NCBI GenBank assembly: GCA_947597925.1 | Contig: CANQFA010000008.1 | Span: forward strand, 1,449 to 65,448 | Origin: an uncultured Clostridia bacterium | GTDB taxonomy: Bacteria > Bacillota > Clostridia > Christensenellales > Borkfalkiaceae | DNA length: 64,000 nucleotides | Direction: 5' to 3' | The notes under the pieces: generated by a model | Database searches by the model: none | Seen by the model: only the letters and a program-made list of their open reading frames with translations | What the model was told of the DNA's origin: nothing | Shown: positions 46,101 through 55,855 of the stretch, one piece after another | Layout: every line of letters starts with the position of its first letter | How positions within the stretch are numbered: the first letter of the stretch is position 1 | Position numbers and translations under genes: made by a program

Positions 46101-46142
46101 AATGCGGATGCCGCTAAGGATCTGTAGATCTTTCTCGTTCAT
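43110..46142 (-). CDS. 1010-aa acidic E/A/K-rich coiled-coil repeat protein with a conserved globular C-terminal domain of unknown function
   Basis: Long ORF. Internal 69-aa (207-bp) tandem repeats (RVNRLVEQKLAEIAEEQ[RK]KA...AEAARIAEEE). The C-terminal domain is RSFTAKIIESEESVKETYSALKNAFLSY...GKTLCVYLALNPDEF... Confidence 0.8.
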   Translation of the reverse strand: MNEKDLQILSGIRIDVNKNIAELKTSVSAELKKQEAANGDLKEALSEAIFEVKCLSKQFGANFEALKKEVESLKAENKGLKEALTGVVKDRTNQLAHFVRTQLVEGLAVVRRDLKSGEGFAGLEGRLSKRFEQRTEEIVEAIEDLEDLHYDAKGESKDDLRKEFADFRQEVLDILDEQSTLIKANASEPVDTHEIEQIIDEKLSAHEAAVTDSLEAQGKQYEERLESFKEELNGTLDEKIDAISAKLDELTVEEVETEPAEEATEEVAEEPVAEEAAEEVVEETAEEVAEEPVPVDPIDYDKLAKAINEITDYREIAQEAAEIILEKLPKANEELTAAEVADTVVEMLHVADDVREVVPEITDSVAAAMERRFDLSVDEEGVDAIAEKVVEFLTAKCAACAEAEVEETAAEEPVEEEDTFDYEGLAQRVAEIVDEKRKADEEAEAVKLAEEMAARPVEEKEEIDYQTLAEKVAEIVEEKRLAAEEAKKAAEKEAAAKAAEEEAARKAEEAEAARIAEEEEAARKAEEEAEAARIAEEEAEAARIAAEEEAAKKAEEDEIAKEAFAVRVADLVEERRKAAEEQKKAEEEAEAARIAAEEEAARKAEEEAEAARIAEEERVNRLVEQKLAEIAEEQRKAAEEEAAQKAAEEEAARIAAEEEAAQKAAEEEAARKAEEEAEAARIAEEERVNRLVEQKLAEIAEEQKKAEEEEAAQKAAEEEAARIAAEEEAAKKAEEEAEAARIAEEKAAEQAAEQAALEERLHALEQRLAELETEEPAPAEEPAPAPVEEELTAAEEPAPVEEEAPAEEPAPVEEAAEEAPAEVVEEIAPAEAVAEEPEVGEPVAEAELTTRYKRSFTAKIIESEESVKETYSALKNAFLSYTNITSQVNWSNDRFAYNNETIAKIGVRGKTLCVYLALNPDEFPDTVYHQKYAGDTKMYERTPLMMKVKSHVALKRTLRLVELLMERLGAVKEEIEQVDYAAQFAYRSEDELLAEGLIKTAIVEKSDLDF

Positions 46143-46349
46143 TTTACACCTCTCAGCTTAACGCTTTTTTACTTACCTCCTATTCTACACTAAAACGCCG
46201 AAAAAGTAAATAGCTTTGGCGAAAATTTTTTTGTGAAATTGCAATTTTTTTTGTGAAGAACGAAAAAATCCGGACTTTGCCCCGTAGCGTGTCCGAACCC
46301 CACCCGAATATTGCTCATGATACCGAGAGCTCTCGCATGCGCCCCCCGC

Positions 46350-47180
46350 TCAGAGGTCCTTGCGCGGGCCCCTCCCGCGGCACCGCCCGAGGTTGAGGAT
46401 GACGCCCGCCGTGAAACAGACCATCATCCAATAGAGAAAGAGGAGCGCGGCGACGACGAGGGAGAGCGCGCCGTAGAGTTCCTTCCTGCCGAGCCGCGGA
46501 AGAAAGGAGAAGAGGAGGGCCGCGGCGAGCCAGCTGAGCGAAGTAAAGAGACTGCCCGCCGCCGCCTCGCGTACCCGCATGCGGAAGGGACAGACGTAGA
46601 GATTGAGGAGCCATGCCGCCGCCGTGCCCGCGAGAAAGAGGAGGAAGGAGCCGAGGAGGCCGCGCACGGGGTTCGGGAGGCCGCCGAGCGCCGAGAAGCC
46701 CGCACAGAGCATCGCGCCCACGCCCGCGAAGAAAAAGAGGAGAAGGAGGGTAAAGAGGAGCGCGGAGAGGCGCACCCGCCATCCCTTCCCACGGCGGACC
46801 CCGTAGATCATCTCCCCGCTCCGCCTCAGGTGATAGAAAAACCCCGAGCCCGACCAGAGCGAAGTGAGCACGAAGAAGACGCCCGCACCGCCCGCTGCCC
46901 GCTCGGCATTTTCCCTGAGAGGGTCGACGAGGGCGCGGATGCGCGCGAAGATGCCCTGCATGGGGAGCTCGGCGACTTCCGCCCGCCCGAAGAAGAGGAT
47001 GAGGAGAAAGAGACAGGGCACGACGGACAGCACGAGGAAAAAGGTGAGCGTCCCCGCGTGGGTGGTGCAGTGATGGGCGGAGAGCGCCGAGAGGGCCTCC
47101 CTCCCCTTCTCGGACGCGCGCACGAAAAAGCCTCTTGTCATGTATTCAGTTTGTGCGTCCGCGGAAAAGTCTTTCATCAT
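46350..47180 (-). CDS. YihY/BrkB family membrane protein
   Basis: HAGTLTFFLVLSVVPCLFLL and SLWSGSGFFYHL motifs. The start is uncertain (47180 or 47141). It lies directly after the ABC-operon terminator. Confidence 0.75.
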   Translation of the reverse strand: MMKDFSADAQTEYMTRGFFVRASEKGREALSALSAHHCTTHAGTLTFFLVLSVVPCLFLLILFFGRAEVAELPMQGIFARIRALVDPLRENAERAAGGAGVFFVLTSLWSGSGFFYHLRRSGEMIYGVRRGKGWRVRLSALLFTLLLLFFFAGVGAMLCAGFSALGGLPNPVRGLLGSFLLFLAGTAAAWLLNLYVCPFRMRVREAAAGSLFTSLSWLAAALLFSFLPRLGRKELYGALSLVVAALLFLYWMMVCFTAGVILNLGRCRGRGPRKDL

Positions 47181-47210
47181 GAGAAAAGATGCGGGCACCG
47201 TGTCCGCATC
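47181..47210 (-). terminator. Terminator of the ABC exporter operon
   Basis: Minus strand: gatgcggacacggtgcccgcatc followed by TTTTCTC. Confidence 0.6.
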
Positions 47211-47235
47211 TTCCCTTTTTGTTTTGCAGTTTCGC

Positions 47236-49212
47236 TCACTCGAGCTCAAAGGCGCCCGTGTAGAGCTGGTAGTACTTGCCCTTCATGGCAATGAGCTGGT
47301 CATGGGTGCCGCGTTCGATGATGCGCCCCTGCTCGAGCACCATGATGACATTGGAATTTTTGACCGTCGAGAGCCTGTGGGCGATGACAAAGACCGTCCT
47401 GCCCTCCATGAGCTTATCCATGCCCCGCTGGACAATGGCCTCGGTGCGGGTATCGATGGAGGAAGTCGCCTCGTCGAGGATCATGACGGGCGGGTCGGCG
47501 ACGGCCGCACGGGCGATGGAGAGGAGCTGGCGCTGCCCCTGCGAGAGGTTGGCGCCGTTCTGGTGCAGCATGGTATTATACCCCTCGGGGAGGCGGGTGA
47601 TGAAGTCATCGGCGCCCGCGAGCTTTGCCGCCGCGATGCACTCCTCGTCGGTGGCCTCGAGCCGCCCGTAGCGGATATTTTCCATGACCGTGCCCGTGAA
47701 GAGGTTGGTGTCCTGCAGCACCATGCCGATGGCGCGGCGAAGCTCCCCCTTCTTGATCTTATTGACGTTGATGCCGTCGTAGCGGATCTTGCCGTCGGCG
47801 ATGTCGTAGAAGCGCGTGAGAAGGTTGGTGATGGTCGTCTTGCCCGCGCCCGTCGCCCCCACAAAGGCGACTTTCTGTCCCGGCCGCGCATAGAGGCTGA
47901 TGTCGTGGAGGACGATTTTTTCGGGCACATAGCCGAAGTCCACGTCGAACATGCGGATGTCCCCCTCCAACCTCTGATAGGTCACCGTGCCGTCCGCCGC
48001 ATGCGGATGCCGCCATGCCCAGACGCCCGTGTGTTCGCTGCACTCGGTGAGAGAGCCGTCCTCGTTTTCGCGCACGTTGACGAGGGTGACATATCCCTCG
48101 TCCTCCTCGGGCTTCTCGTCGATGAGGGAGAAGATGCGCGCTGCGCCCGCGAGACCCATGACCACGGAATTGACCTGGTTAGAGACCTGATTGATGTTGT
48201 TGGAGAACTGCCGCGTCATCTGGAGGAAGGAGACGATGAGGGCGACATCGAAGACGAGGAGAGCGGGATCGAAGTAGATGCCGATGCTCCAGTTCGACAC
48301 GCCGTTCAAGATGAAGATGCTCCCCACGATCGCCACGACGACATAGAGGATGTGCCCGATGTTCCCGAGGATGGGCATGAGCATGTTGGCATAGGCATTT
48401 GCCTTGGTGGACTGATCGCAGAGGAAGTCATTGACCTCGTCGAAGTCGTGCTTTGCCGCCTCCTCATGGCAGAAGACCTTCACGACCTTCTGGCCGTTCA
48501 TATATTCCTCGATAAAGCCCTCCGTCTTGCCGACCGCGCGCTGCACGCTGAGGAAATATTTCCCCGCGCCGCCGCCCACGACCTTGGTGACGAAGAGGAT
48601 GAGGAGGATGCCGCCGAGCACGATGAAGGTCAGCCACACGCTGTAGAAGATCATGATGAAGAAGAGGGTGACGACCATGATGCCCGAAGTCAGGAGCTGG
48701 GGCAGGGACTGGGAGATAAGCTGGCGCAGGGTGTCGATATCATTGGTGTAGTAGCTCATGATGTCGCCGTGTCCGTGCGTGTCGAAGTAGCGGAGCGGGA
48801 GGTCCTGCATGCCGTTGAACATGTACTCGCGCATCTTCTTGAGGTAGCCCTGTGTCATGATGGCGACGAGCTGCTTGTCGACGGCGCCCGAGACGAGGGA
48901 GAAGACATAGAGCCCGATGAGGGTGAGCATATACCCCGTGATCTCGCCCCCGTAGACCGCCCAGAGGGAGACGCCGGGATTTTCCGCGCCGTACACGAGC
49001 GCCTTTTCCACCACGGAAAAGACGCGCTGCATGAAGACGGACGGGATGGCGGAAATGACGGCATTCACCACGATGAGCAGGAGGGTGAAGGTGAGCATTT
49101 TGGGGTAGAACTTGAAGAGGGACTTCAGGATGCGGAGGAAGGTCCCCTTGGGTGCCTTCATCTTTGCGCCTGCGCCCTTTGCGCCGCGTGCGGACATTCT
49201 CATATTAGCCAT
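47236..49212 (-). CDS. ABC exporter, fused permease/ATPase subunit (heterodimer partner B)
   Basis: Six-TM domain, then GATGAGKTT, LSQGQRQLL and ILDEATS motifs. 8-bp overlap with the upstream partner. Confidence 0.9.
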   Translation of the reverse strand: MANMRMSARGAKGAGAKMKAPKGTFLRILKSLFKFYPKMLTFTLLLIVVNAVISAIPSVFMQRVFSVVEKALVYGAENPGVSLWAVYGGEITGYMLTLIGLYVFSLVSGAVDKQLVAIMTQGYLKKMREYMFNGMQDLPLRYFDTHGHGDIMSYYTNDIDTLRQLISQSLPQLLTSGIMVVTLFFIMIFYSVWLTFIVLGGILLILFVTKVVGGGAGKYFLSVQRAVGKTEGFIEEYMNGQKVVKVFCHEEAAKHDFDEVNDFLCDQSTKANAYANMLMPILGNIGHILYVVVAIVGSIFILNGVSNWSIGIYFDPALLVFDVALIVSFLQMTRQFSNNINQVSNQVNSVVMGLAGAARIFSLIDEKPEEDEGYVTLVNVRENEDGSLTECSEHTGVWAWRHPHAADGTVTYQRLEGDIRMFDVDFGYVPEKIVLHDISLYARPGQKVAFVGATGAGKTTITNLLTRFYDIADGKIRYDGINVNKIKKGELRRAIGMVLQDTNLFTGTVMENIRYGRLEATDEECIAAAKLAGADDFITRLPEGYNTMLHQNGANLSQGQRQLLSIARAAVADPPVMILDEATSSIDTRTEAIVQRGMDKLMEGRTVFVIAHRLSTVKNSNVIMVLEQGRIIERGTHDQLIAMKGKYYQLYTGAFELE

Positions 49213-50998
49213 TTTCCCCTCCTTCTCCGTTCATCTCGGAAAGTGAAGAGATCGCCTTGCCGCCCTTATTCTGCGTGCGGTAGACCTCGGTATAGATGGG
49301 GTCGGTGTCGAGGAGCTCCTCGTGCGTTCCGACCGCCTCGATGCGCCCGTTGTCCATGATGATGATGCGGTCGGCATCTTCCACCGAGGAGGTGCGCTGG
49401 GCGATGATGATCTTCGTCGTCGTAGGGATATATTCGCGGAAGGCCTTTCGGATGAGGGCGTCCGTGTGCGTATCGACCGCCGACGTCGAATCGTCGAGGA
49501 TGAGGATCTTGGGCTTCTTGAGGAGGGCGCGGGCGATGCACAGGCGCTGCTTCTGCCCGCCCGAGACATTGGTCCCGCCCTGCTCGATGTGGGTATCGTA
49601 CCCGTCGGGGAAGGCGCTGATGAATTCGTCCGCCTGCGCGAGCTTACATGCCTCCACGAGCTCCTCGTCGGTCGCTTCGGGGTCCCCCCAGCGGAGATTC
49701 TCCTTGATGGAGCCCGAGAAGAGCACATTCTTCTGCAGCACGACGGCGACTTGATTGCGAAGGGCCTCGAGGTCATATTCGCGCACATCCCTGCCGCCTA
49801 CCTTCACGCACCCCTCCGTGACGTCATAGAGGCGGGAGATGAGGTTGACGAGGGAGGTCTTCGACGAGCCCGTGCCGCCGATGATGCCGATGGTCTCACC
49901 CGACCTGATATGTAAGTTTATGTACTCGAGCACGTTTTTCTCGGCATTCGCCGCGTACTTGAAGGAGACGTTTTCGAAGTCCACCGAGCCGTCCGCGACC
50001 TCCGTCACGGCGTCCTCGGGCGACTTCAGCGTGGGCTCCTCGTCGAGCACCTCGCAGATACGGCGGGCACTCTCTATGGACATGGTGACCATGGCGAAGA
50101 TCATGGAGAACATCGTGAGGGACATGAGGATCTGCATGCCGTAGACGATGAGCTGGGAGACGCTCCACACGCTCAGCCCCGTCCCCTCGAGGATGAGGTA
50201 GGACCCGAGGAAGAGCACGGTGGAGAGCACGCCGTAGAAGCAGAACTGCATGGCGGGATTGTTCCACGCGAGGATGCGCTCCGCCTTGGTGAAGTCGATC
50301 TGCACGTCGGTCGCGGCGCGGTCGAACTTTTCCTTTTCATACTCCTCGCGCACATAGGCCTTGACGACACGGATGCCCGCCACATTTTCCTGAATGGACT
50401 CATTGAGGTTGTCGTACTTGCGGAAGACGCGGTGGAAGAGGGGCATCGTCTTCCACATGATGAGAAAGAGCGCGACGGCGAGAGGCGGCACCACGACCAC
50501 GAAGATCCACGCGAGATTGCCCCCCATGAGGAAGGCCATCACGAGGGAAAAGACCATCATGAGCGGGCTTCTGATCGCCGTGCGGATGATCATCATGTAG
50601 GACATCTGCACGTTGTTGACGTCCGTCGTCATGCGGGTCACGAGGGAGGACGTGGAGAACTTGTCGATATTCTCGAAGGAGAAATCCTGCACCTTGTAGT
50701 AGATGTCCTTGCGGAGATTCTTGGCAAACCCCGAGGACGCCTTTGCGCAAAACAGGCCCGCGAGCGCGCCGCACGCGAGGGACAGGATGGCCATGGCGAC
50801 GAGGATAAGCGCATATTGCCCGATCCCGAGCGCCCCGTCCGTCCCCCAGAGGACGACACCGCCCTCGATGGACTCGCCGAGCTTGGCGATGATGAAGGGA
50901 ATGAAGCACTCCAGAATGACCTCCCCCGTCACGAAGATGGGAGAGAGGATGGAGGAGAGCTTATATTCCCGGATGGACCTTGCTAACCTTCTTAACAA
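49205..50998 (-). CDS. ABC exporter, fused permease/ATPase subunit (heterodimer partner A)
   Basis: GGTGSSKTS, VSGGQKQRL and ILDDSTSAVD motifs. TTG start with a GGAGGTGA SD. Confidence 0.9.
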   Translation of the reverse strand: MLRRLARSIREYKLSSILSPIFVTGEVILECFIPFIIAKLGESIEGGVVLWGTDGALGIGQYALILVAMAILSLACGALAGLFCAKASSGFAKNLRKDIYYKVQDFSFENIDKFSTSSLVTRMTTDVNNVQMSYMMIIRTAIRSPLMMVFSLVMAFLMGGNLAWIFVVVVPPLAVALFLIMWKTMPLFHRVFRKYDNLNESIQENVAGIRVVKAYVREEYEKEKFDRAATDVQIDFTKAERILAWNNPAMQFCFYGVLSTVLFLGSYLILEGTGLSVWSVSQLIVYGMQILMSLTMFSMIFAMVTMSIESARRICEVLDEEPTLKSPEDAVTEVADGSVDFENVSFKYAANAEKNVLEYINLHIRSGETIGIIGGTGSSKTSLVNLISRLYDVTEGCVKVGGRDVREYDLEALRNQVAVVLQKNVLFSGSIKENLRWGDPEATDEELVEACKLAQADEFISAFPDGYDTHIEQGGTNVSGGQKQRLCIARALLKKPKILILDDSTSAVDTHTDALIRKAFREYIPTTTKIIIAQRTSSVEDADRIIIMDNGRIEAVGTHEELLDTDPIYTEVYRTQNKGGKAISSLSEMNGEGGENG

Positions 50999-51081
50999 AA
51001 AATCACCTCCGACATGAACAGCGTATAAAAAAATACGGAAATCCCCGGCGGGACTTTACCGCTCTTATGAAATACCCTATT

Positions 51082-51110
51082 ATAATATCATGTCGGAGGA
51101 AAATTGTCAA
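51082..51110 (-). promoter_or_regulatory. Putative promoter of the ABC operon (TTGACA-17-TATTAT), with the palindrome GTCAAG-TG-TTTGAC (51106-51119) over the -35
   Basis: Read on the minus strand: gcccGTCAAGTGTTTGACAattttcctccgacatgaTATTATaat. Confidence 0.4.
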
Positions 51111-51160
51111 ACACTTGACGGGCGAAATCGGCGTTTTCACAAAAAAATCACGCAGGGGGA

Positions 51161-51886
51161 TCACCCGCCGAGGTCGCGCCGAAACTGCGCGATGATGCGC
51201 GATTCGATGCGCGAGATCTGCACCTGGCTGACCCCCACCGCCTTGGCGACTTCGCTCTGCGTCATGTCGCGGAAATAGCGGAGGACGACGATCTTTTTCT
51301 CCCGCTCGGGAAGGTTTTCTATGGCATTTTTCAGGACGAGGCCCTCGATGAGGTCGTCCGCATCCCCTTTTGCGGGCAGGCGCTCCGCGAGGGTCACGGA
51401 CTTCTCGTCCTTATAGTCGGTCTGCTCATAGATGGAGATAGGCATGCGGCGGGACTCGAGCGCGAGCACCACGTCGCCCTCCTCCATGGAAAAGGCCTCG
51501 GCGAGCTCCTTTACCGTGGGTTCTTCTCCGTGTGTGAGGGCATATTCCTCGATATACCCCGTGAGGTCGCGGGCGGTCTTCTTCATGGCGCGCGAGACCT
51601 TCACGCTTCCGTCGTCCCGCAGAAAGCGCTTGATCTCCCCCGCGATCATGGGGACGGCATAGGTCGAAAAGCGCACGCCGAAACTCTCGTCGAACCCCGT
51701 GATGGCCTTCAGAAATCCGAGGCAGGCGAGCTGAAAGAGGTCGTCGTACTCCACCCCCTTTCCGAGATAGCGCTTTAAGATGCTCTTGATGAGGGAGACA
51801 TTTGCGGTGACGAGCTCCTCCTTTGCCTGCACATCCCCCTCCTTGGCGCGGCGGATGAGGGCGAGCGTGGTGCTTTCATCCGGCAT
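51161..51886 (-). CDS. sigF: Sporulation sigma factor SigF
   Basis: Sigma-70 regions 2-4. It sits directly after spoIIAB, which it overlaps. Confidence 0.88.
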   Translation of the reverse strand: MPDESTTLALIRRAKEGDVQAKEELVTANVSLIKSILKRYLGKGVEYDDLFQLACLGFLKAITGFDESFGVRFSTYAVPMIAGEIKRFLRDDGSVKVSRAMKKTARDLTGYIEEYALTHGEEPTVKELAEAFSMEEGDVVLALESRRMPISIYEQTDYKDEKSVTLAERLPAKGDADDLIEGLVLKNAIENLPEREKKIVVLRYFRDMTQSEVAKAVGVSQVQISRIESRIIAQFRRDLGG

Positions 51887-52313
51887 TGCGCGCCTGCCCC
51901 GCAGCGAAGCGTTTTTTCATCTTTACCGTCGTCCCCTTTTCCTCCTCGGAGACCACGGAAAAGTCGCTCATAAAGGTCTGCATGATGGTAAATCCCATGC
52001 CCGAGCGCTCCTCTTCGGGCAGGGTGGTGTAGAAGGGCTCGAGGGCCCGCCGAAGGTCGGCGATCCCCCTCCCCTCGTCCGAGATCTCCACGGAGAGCTC
52101 TTCCCCGTCCGCGGTGCAGTGCACCGTGACCCAGCCCTCCCTGCCGCGGTAGGCGTGGACAATGCAGTTCGTGACCGCCTCGGAGACCGCCGTCTTGACA
52201 TCGGAGAGCTCCGAGAGGGTGGGCTCGAGGGGCAGGACAAATGCCGCCACGGCATTGCGCGCGAAGACCTCGTTTTCGGAGCGTGCGGGAAATTTCAGGA
52301 TCATTTCATTCAT
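51876..52313 (-). CDS. spoIIAB: Anti-sigma F factor (serine kinase) SpoIIAB
   Basis: 145 aa, HATPase_c motifs (EAVTNCIVHAY, DEGRGI, GMGFT). Confidence 0.9.
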   Translation of the reverse strand: MNEMILKFPARSENEVFARNAVAAFVLPLEPTLSELSDVKTAVSEAVTNCIVHAYRGREGWVTVHCTADGEELSVEISDEGRGIADLRRALEPFYTTLPEEERSGMGFTIMQTFMSDFSVVSEEEKGTTVKMKKRFAAGQARNAG

Positions 52314-52318
52314 AATCG

Positions 52319-52633
52319 TTACTCCTCGATTTTGGGCATGAGAGAATACAGCCCGCTGATGGAAAGGACCTTGTCCGCGGACGGCTCGGGGCTCTCGAGA
52401 TACATGGCCATGCCGTACCGCTTGAGGCGCTTGTACCGCCCGAGCAGAAAGCCGATGCCCGCCGAGTCCATGAAGCGGAGCCCCGCGAGATTGAAGACGG
52501 CGCGGGAAAGCCCCGCATGCTCGTCGATGAGGCGGTCCGCGCTCTCCCGCACGCCCGCCACGGAGTGCTCATCGAGTTCGCCCGAGAGGAAGATATAGAG
52601 GTCCTCGCCCCGTTTTCCCCATTGCAGTTTCAT
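52319..52633 (-). CDS. spoIIAA: Anti-sigma F factor antagonist SpoIIAA (STAS)
   Basis: 104 aa STAS domain with a FMDSAGIGFLLG phospho-Ser context. Confidence 0.88.
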   Translation of the reverse strand: MKLQWGKRGEDLYIFLSGELDEHSVAGVRESADRLIDEHAGLSRAVFNLAGLRFMDSAGIGFLLGRYKRLKRYGMAMYLESPEPSADKVLSISGLYSLMPKIEE

Positions 52634-52782
52634 ACCGTTCCCCCTTTGTTTTCGCGATTATACCACATCTTCCCGTGGAGAATTTTGGCGATTTTTGCGA
52701 CATGGGGTCGGAATTTGCCCCTTTTCTCAAAGCAAAAAGGGTACCCCGCGATCGGGATACCCTTTCTCTTTTTATGAAGTTC

Positions 52783-53091
52783 TTACGATGTTACTTCGCG
52801 GGCGAGCACGGCCTTTTTGCCGTCGTAGCTCACGCGCTGCATGAGCGCGGCATTTGCCTTGGCGTCGGCGGTGAAGGCGAGCGGGATGCGGAAGGTCTCC
52901 GTCACATACTCGCTGAGATATTCCCCGTGTCCCGAGGACTGGCTGTAGCCGAAGCTGTGCACAATGCCGCCCTCGTCGTAGCGGATGACCCATCCGTCGG
53001 GCTCCTCCACCTCTACCTCGTCGTAGAGCTTCCAGAAGGCAATGCTCTGGTAGTCCATCTCGGTCGTGCCGCGCGGGATCGTCAGTTTCAT
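52783..53091 (-). CDS. Hypothetical small protein (102 aa)
   Basis: ORF with host-like composition and a downstream hairpin at about 52735-52770. No family recognised. Confidence 0.45.
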   Translation of the reverse strand: MKLTIPRGTTEMDYQSIAFWKLYDEVEVEEPDGWVIRYDEGGIVHSFGYSQSSGHGEYLSEYVTETFRIPLAFTADAKANAALMQRVSYDGKKAVLAREVTS

Positions 53092-53164
53092 CTTCTCTCC
53101 TCCGTTTTGTATTTCTTACCCCGAGTATACCACATCTTCTCCCCTCTTGTCAAGGGCGGGCGCC

Positions 53165-55735
53165 TCATTTCAGGCAGAGGCCCTCTTCATTCGCGTCGAG
53201 GGTGAGCACGGTGCCGGGCGCGGGGTCCTCCTTCAGGATATGCCGCGCGATGAGGGTCTCGGCATGCGTCCTGATGAAGTGCTTGAGGGGACGGGCGCCG
53301 AATTCGCTGCTGTAGCCGTTGTCCGAGAGGTAGGCCTTGGCGCGCGCGGTCACCCGAAGCTCGAGCGGCTTCATGTTCTCCGCGAGGCGGCCGAGGAAGA
53401 TCTCCACGATCTTGTCGACATCTTCCCTCCCGAGCGGGCGGAAGGTGACGATCTCGTCGAGGCGGTTCAGAAATTCGGGACGGAAGGTCCGCCTCAGGAG
53501 GGCGGCGAGGGCGTCCTTTCCCCTCTCGGAGAGTTCGCCTTCCCATTCCTCGGCGAGGATATCCGACCCCAAATTCGAGGTGAGGATGATGACGGTATTT
53601 TTGAAGTCCACCGTGTGCCCCTGCGAGTCGGTGATCCTGCCGTCGTCGAGGACCTGCAGGAGGAGGTTGTATACGTCGGGGTGCGCCTTTTCGATCTCAT
53701 CGAAGAGGACGATGGAGTAGGGATGCCGCCGCACCGCCTCGGTGAGCGTGCCGCCCTCCTCGTAGCCGACATATCCCGGAGGGGCGCCCACGAGACGGGA
53801 CACCGAGAACTTCTCCATATATTCGCTCATGTCGATGCGCACCATGCAGCGCTCATCGTCAAAGAGGCTGCGCGCGAGGGACTTGGCGAGCTCGGTCTTG
53901 CCCACACCTGTCGGCCCCAGAAAGAGGAAGGAGCCGATGGGACGGTTGGCGTCCGAGATGCCCGCACGGGCGCGGAAGATGGCCTCGGAGACCTTCCGCA
54001 CGGCCTCTTCCTGTCCCACGACGCGCTTCGAGAGCTCTTCGGGGAGGCGGAGGAGCTTTTCGCGCTCCCCTTCCTTGAGGCGGGCGACGGGGATGCCCGT
54101 CCACCGCGCCACGATCTTGTGGATCTCCTCCTCGGTGACTTCGTCCTGCAGGAGGGCATTTTGCCGCGAACTGACGCTCGCCTTTGCCTCCTCGAGCTGC
54201 CGTTCGAGGGCGGGCAATTCGCCGTAGCGCAGGCGGGATGCCTTCTCGAGTTCGCCGTGCGTCATGGCGGAATCGATCTCCGCGTGCATGGCGTCGATCT
54301 TTTCCTTGAGCTCCTTTTCGAGGCCGATGGCGTGCTTCTCGTCCTCCCACTTTGCCTTCATCTCGTCGAAGGAGGCCTTGCACTCGGCAAGCTCGGCTGA
54401 GAGGTCGCCGAGGCGGGCCGCGGACAGCTTATCCTGCTCCTTCGAGAGCGCCTTTTGCTCCACCTCGAGCTGCAGGATGCGGCGGTTCAGGGCATCCATC
54501 TCGGCGGGCATGGAGTCGATCTCCGTGCGGATCATCGCCGCCGCCTCATCCACGAGGTCAATGGCCTTGTCGGGCAGATAGCGGTCGGTGATATAGCGGT
54601 CGGAGAGGGTCGCCGCGGCGACGAGGGCATCGTCGTGGATGCGCACGCCGTGGAAGATCTCGAAGCGCTCCTTGAGTCCGCGGAGGATGGAGATGGTGTC
54701 CTCCACCGTGGGCTCGCCCACGAGCACGGTCTGGAAGCGCCGCTCGAGCGCGGCATCTTTTTCGATATACTTGCGGTATTCGTCGAGCGTGGTCGCGCCG
54801 ATGCAGTGCAGCTCTCCGCGCGCGAGGAGGGGCTTTAAGAGGTTGCCCGCGTCCATCGCGCCCTCGCTCTTTCCCGCGCCCACCACGGTGTGCAGTTCGT
54901 CGATGAAGAGGAGGATCCTGCCCTCCGAATCGGTCACTTCCTTGAGGACGGCCTTGAGGCGCTCCTCGAACTCTCCGCGGTACTTCGCGCCCGCAATAAG
55001 GGCACCCATGTCCAAGGAGAAGAGCGTCTTTCCTTTCAATCCCTCGGGAACGTCGCCGCGCGCGATGCGCTGTGCAAGCCCCTCGGCAATGGCCGTCTTG
55101 CCCACGCCGGGCTCGCCGATGAGCACGGGATTATTTTTCGTCTTGCGCGAGAGGATGCGGATGACGTTTCTTATTTCCTCATCCCGCCCGATGACGGGCT
55201 CCAACTTGTGCGCCCGCGCCCGCGCCGTGAGGTCGGTGCCGTACTTCTCGAGGGCCTCGTAGGTCTCCTCGGGGTCGTCGCTCTTCACGCTCTGGTTGCC
55301 GCGCACCGCCTTCAGCCCCTGCAAGAAGAGCTCCTTCGTGAGCCCGAAGCGGGAAAAGACCTCCTTCGTGCGGCTGTCCGCCTCGCCGAAGAGGCTCAAA
55401 AAGAGGTGCTCGACCGAGATATACTCGTCCTTCATCTTGGCGGCGAGGCCCTCGGCGGCGGTGAGCACGCGCTGAAATTCAGCCGTGGGATAGAGGTTTG
55501 CGGGGGTCACGTTTGAGACATGGGGTATGCGTTCCACCTCTTCTCTGAGGCTGCGGCGGATGCCTGCACCGTCTCTCCCCACGCGATTTACGATCCTGTA
55601 GCACAGCCCCTCCTCGTCCATGAGCGCATGGGCGAGATGGACCGTCGAGAGCTCGGCATTGGCATACTCGAGCGCCGTATTCTGTGCGTCGCGGATGGCC
55701 TGCATCGATTTCTGCGTCAATTTCTGTGCGTCCAT
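53165..55735 (-). CDS. clpB: Chaperone ClpB
   Basis: Two AAA+ modules ([18 protein letters not shown]) and a coiled-coil middle domain. Start is [10 protein letters not shown] at 55735 with a GAGGGAGG SD. Confidence 0.95.
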   Translation of the reverse strand: MDAQKLTQKSMQAIRDAQNTALEYANAELSTVHLAHALMDEEGLCYRIVNRVGRDGAGIRRSLREEVERIPHVSNVTPANLYPTAEFQRVLTAAEGLAAKMKDEYISVEHLFLSLFGEADSRTKEVFSRFGLTKELFLQGLKAVRGNQSVKSDDPEETYEALEKYGTDLTARARAHKLEPVIGRDEEIRNVIRILSRKTKNNPVLIGEPGVGKTAIAEGLAQRIARGDVPEGLKGKTLFSLDMGALIAGAKYRGEFEERLKAVLKEVTDSEGRILLFIDELHTVVGAGKSEGAMDAGNLLKPLLARGELHCIGATTLDEYRKYIEKDAALERRFQTVLVGEPTVEDTISILRGLKERFEIFHGVRIHDDALVAAATLSDRYITDRYLPDKAIDLVDEAAAMIRTEIDSMPAEMDALNRRILQLEVEQKALSKEQDKLSAARLGDLSAELAECKASFDEMKAKWEDEKHAIGLEKELKEKIDAMHAEIDSAMTHGELEKASRLRYGELPALERQLEEAKASVSSRQNALLQDEVTEEEIHKIVARWTGIPVARLKEGEREKLLRLPEELSKRVVGQEEAVRKVSEAIFRARAGISDANRPIGSFLFLGPTGVGKTELAKSLARSLFDDERCMVRIDMSEYMEKFSVSRLVGAPPGYVGYEEGGTLTEAVRRHPYSIVLFDEIEKAHPDVYNLLLQVLDDGRITDSQGHTVDFKNTVIILTSNLGSDILAEEWEGELSERGKDALAALLRRTFRPEFLNRLDEIVTFRPLGREDVDKIVEIFLGRLAENMKPLELRVTARAKAYLSDNGYSSEFGARPLKHFIRTHAETLIARHILKEDPAPGTVLTLDANEEGLCLK

Positions 55736-55855
55736 ATTTTTCCCTCCCTCGGGCGAAGTGCCCTTTCTTTGTTCCTCTCTATTATACCGCGTTTTCGTCA
55801 AAACAAAACAGCGCCGCCCCCGAGGAAAGGGAGCGGCGCGAGATGAAGAGGTCGT

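Noticed and set aside
43290-46127. 945-aa plus-strand ORF, and the 383-aa S/A-rich ORF at 43597-44748
   Set aside because: Both are antisense or frame-shifted readings of the E/A/K repeat gene. The L/G/F-rich or S/A-only composition mirrors the GAA/GCC repeat codons.
47140-49359. 739-aa plus-strand ORF (and similar ORFs at 10762-12288, 14240-15808, 53066-54400, 56736-58133, 58217-59692, 59689-61068 and 60903-62693)
   Set aside because: All of them overlap clearly identified minus-strand genes (ABC exporter, topA, comM, clpB, asnS, proS, ddl, murF). They show the same D/E/G/R/H/A shadow-frame composition.
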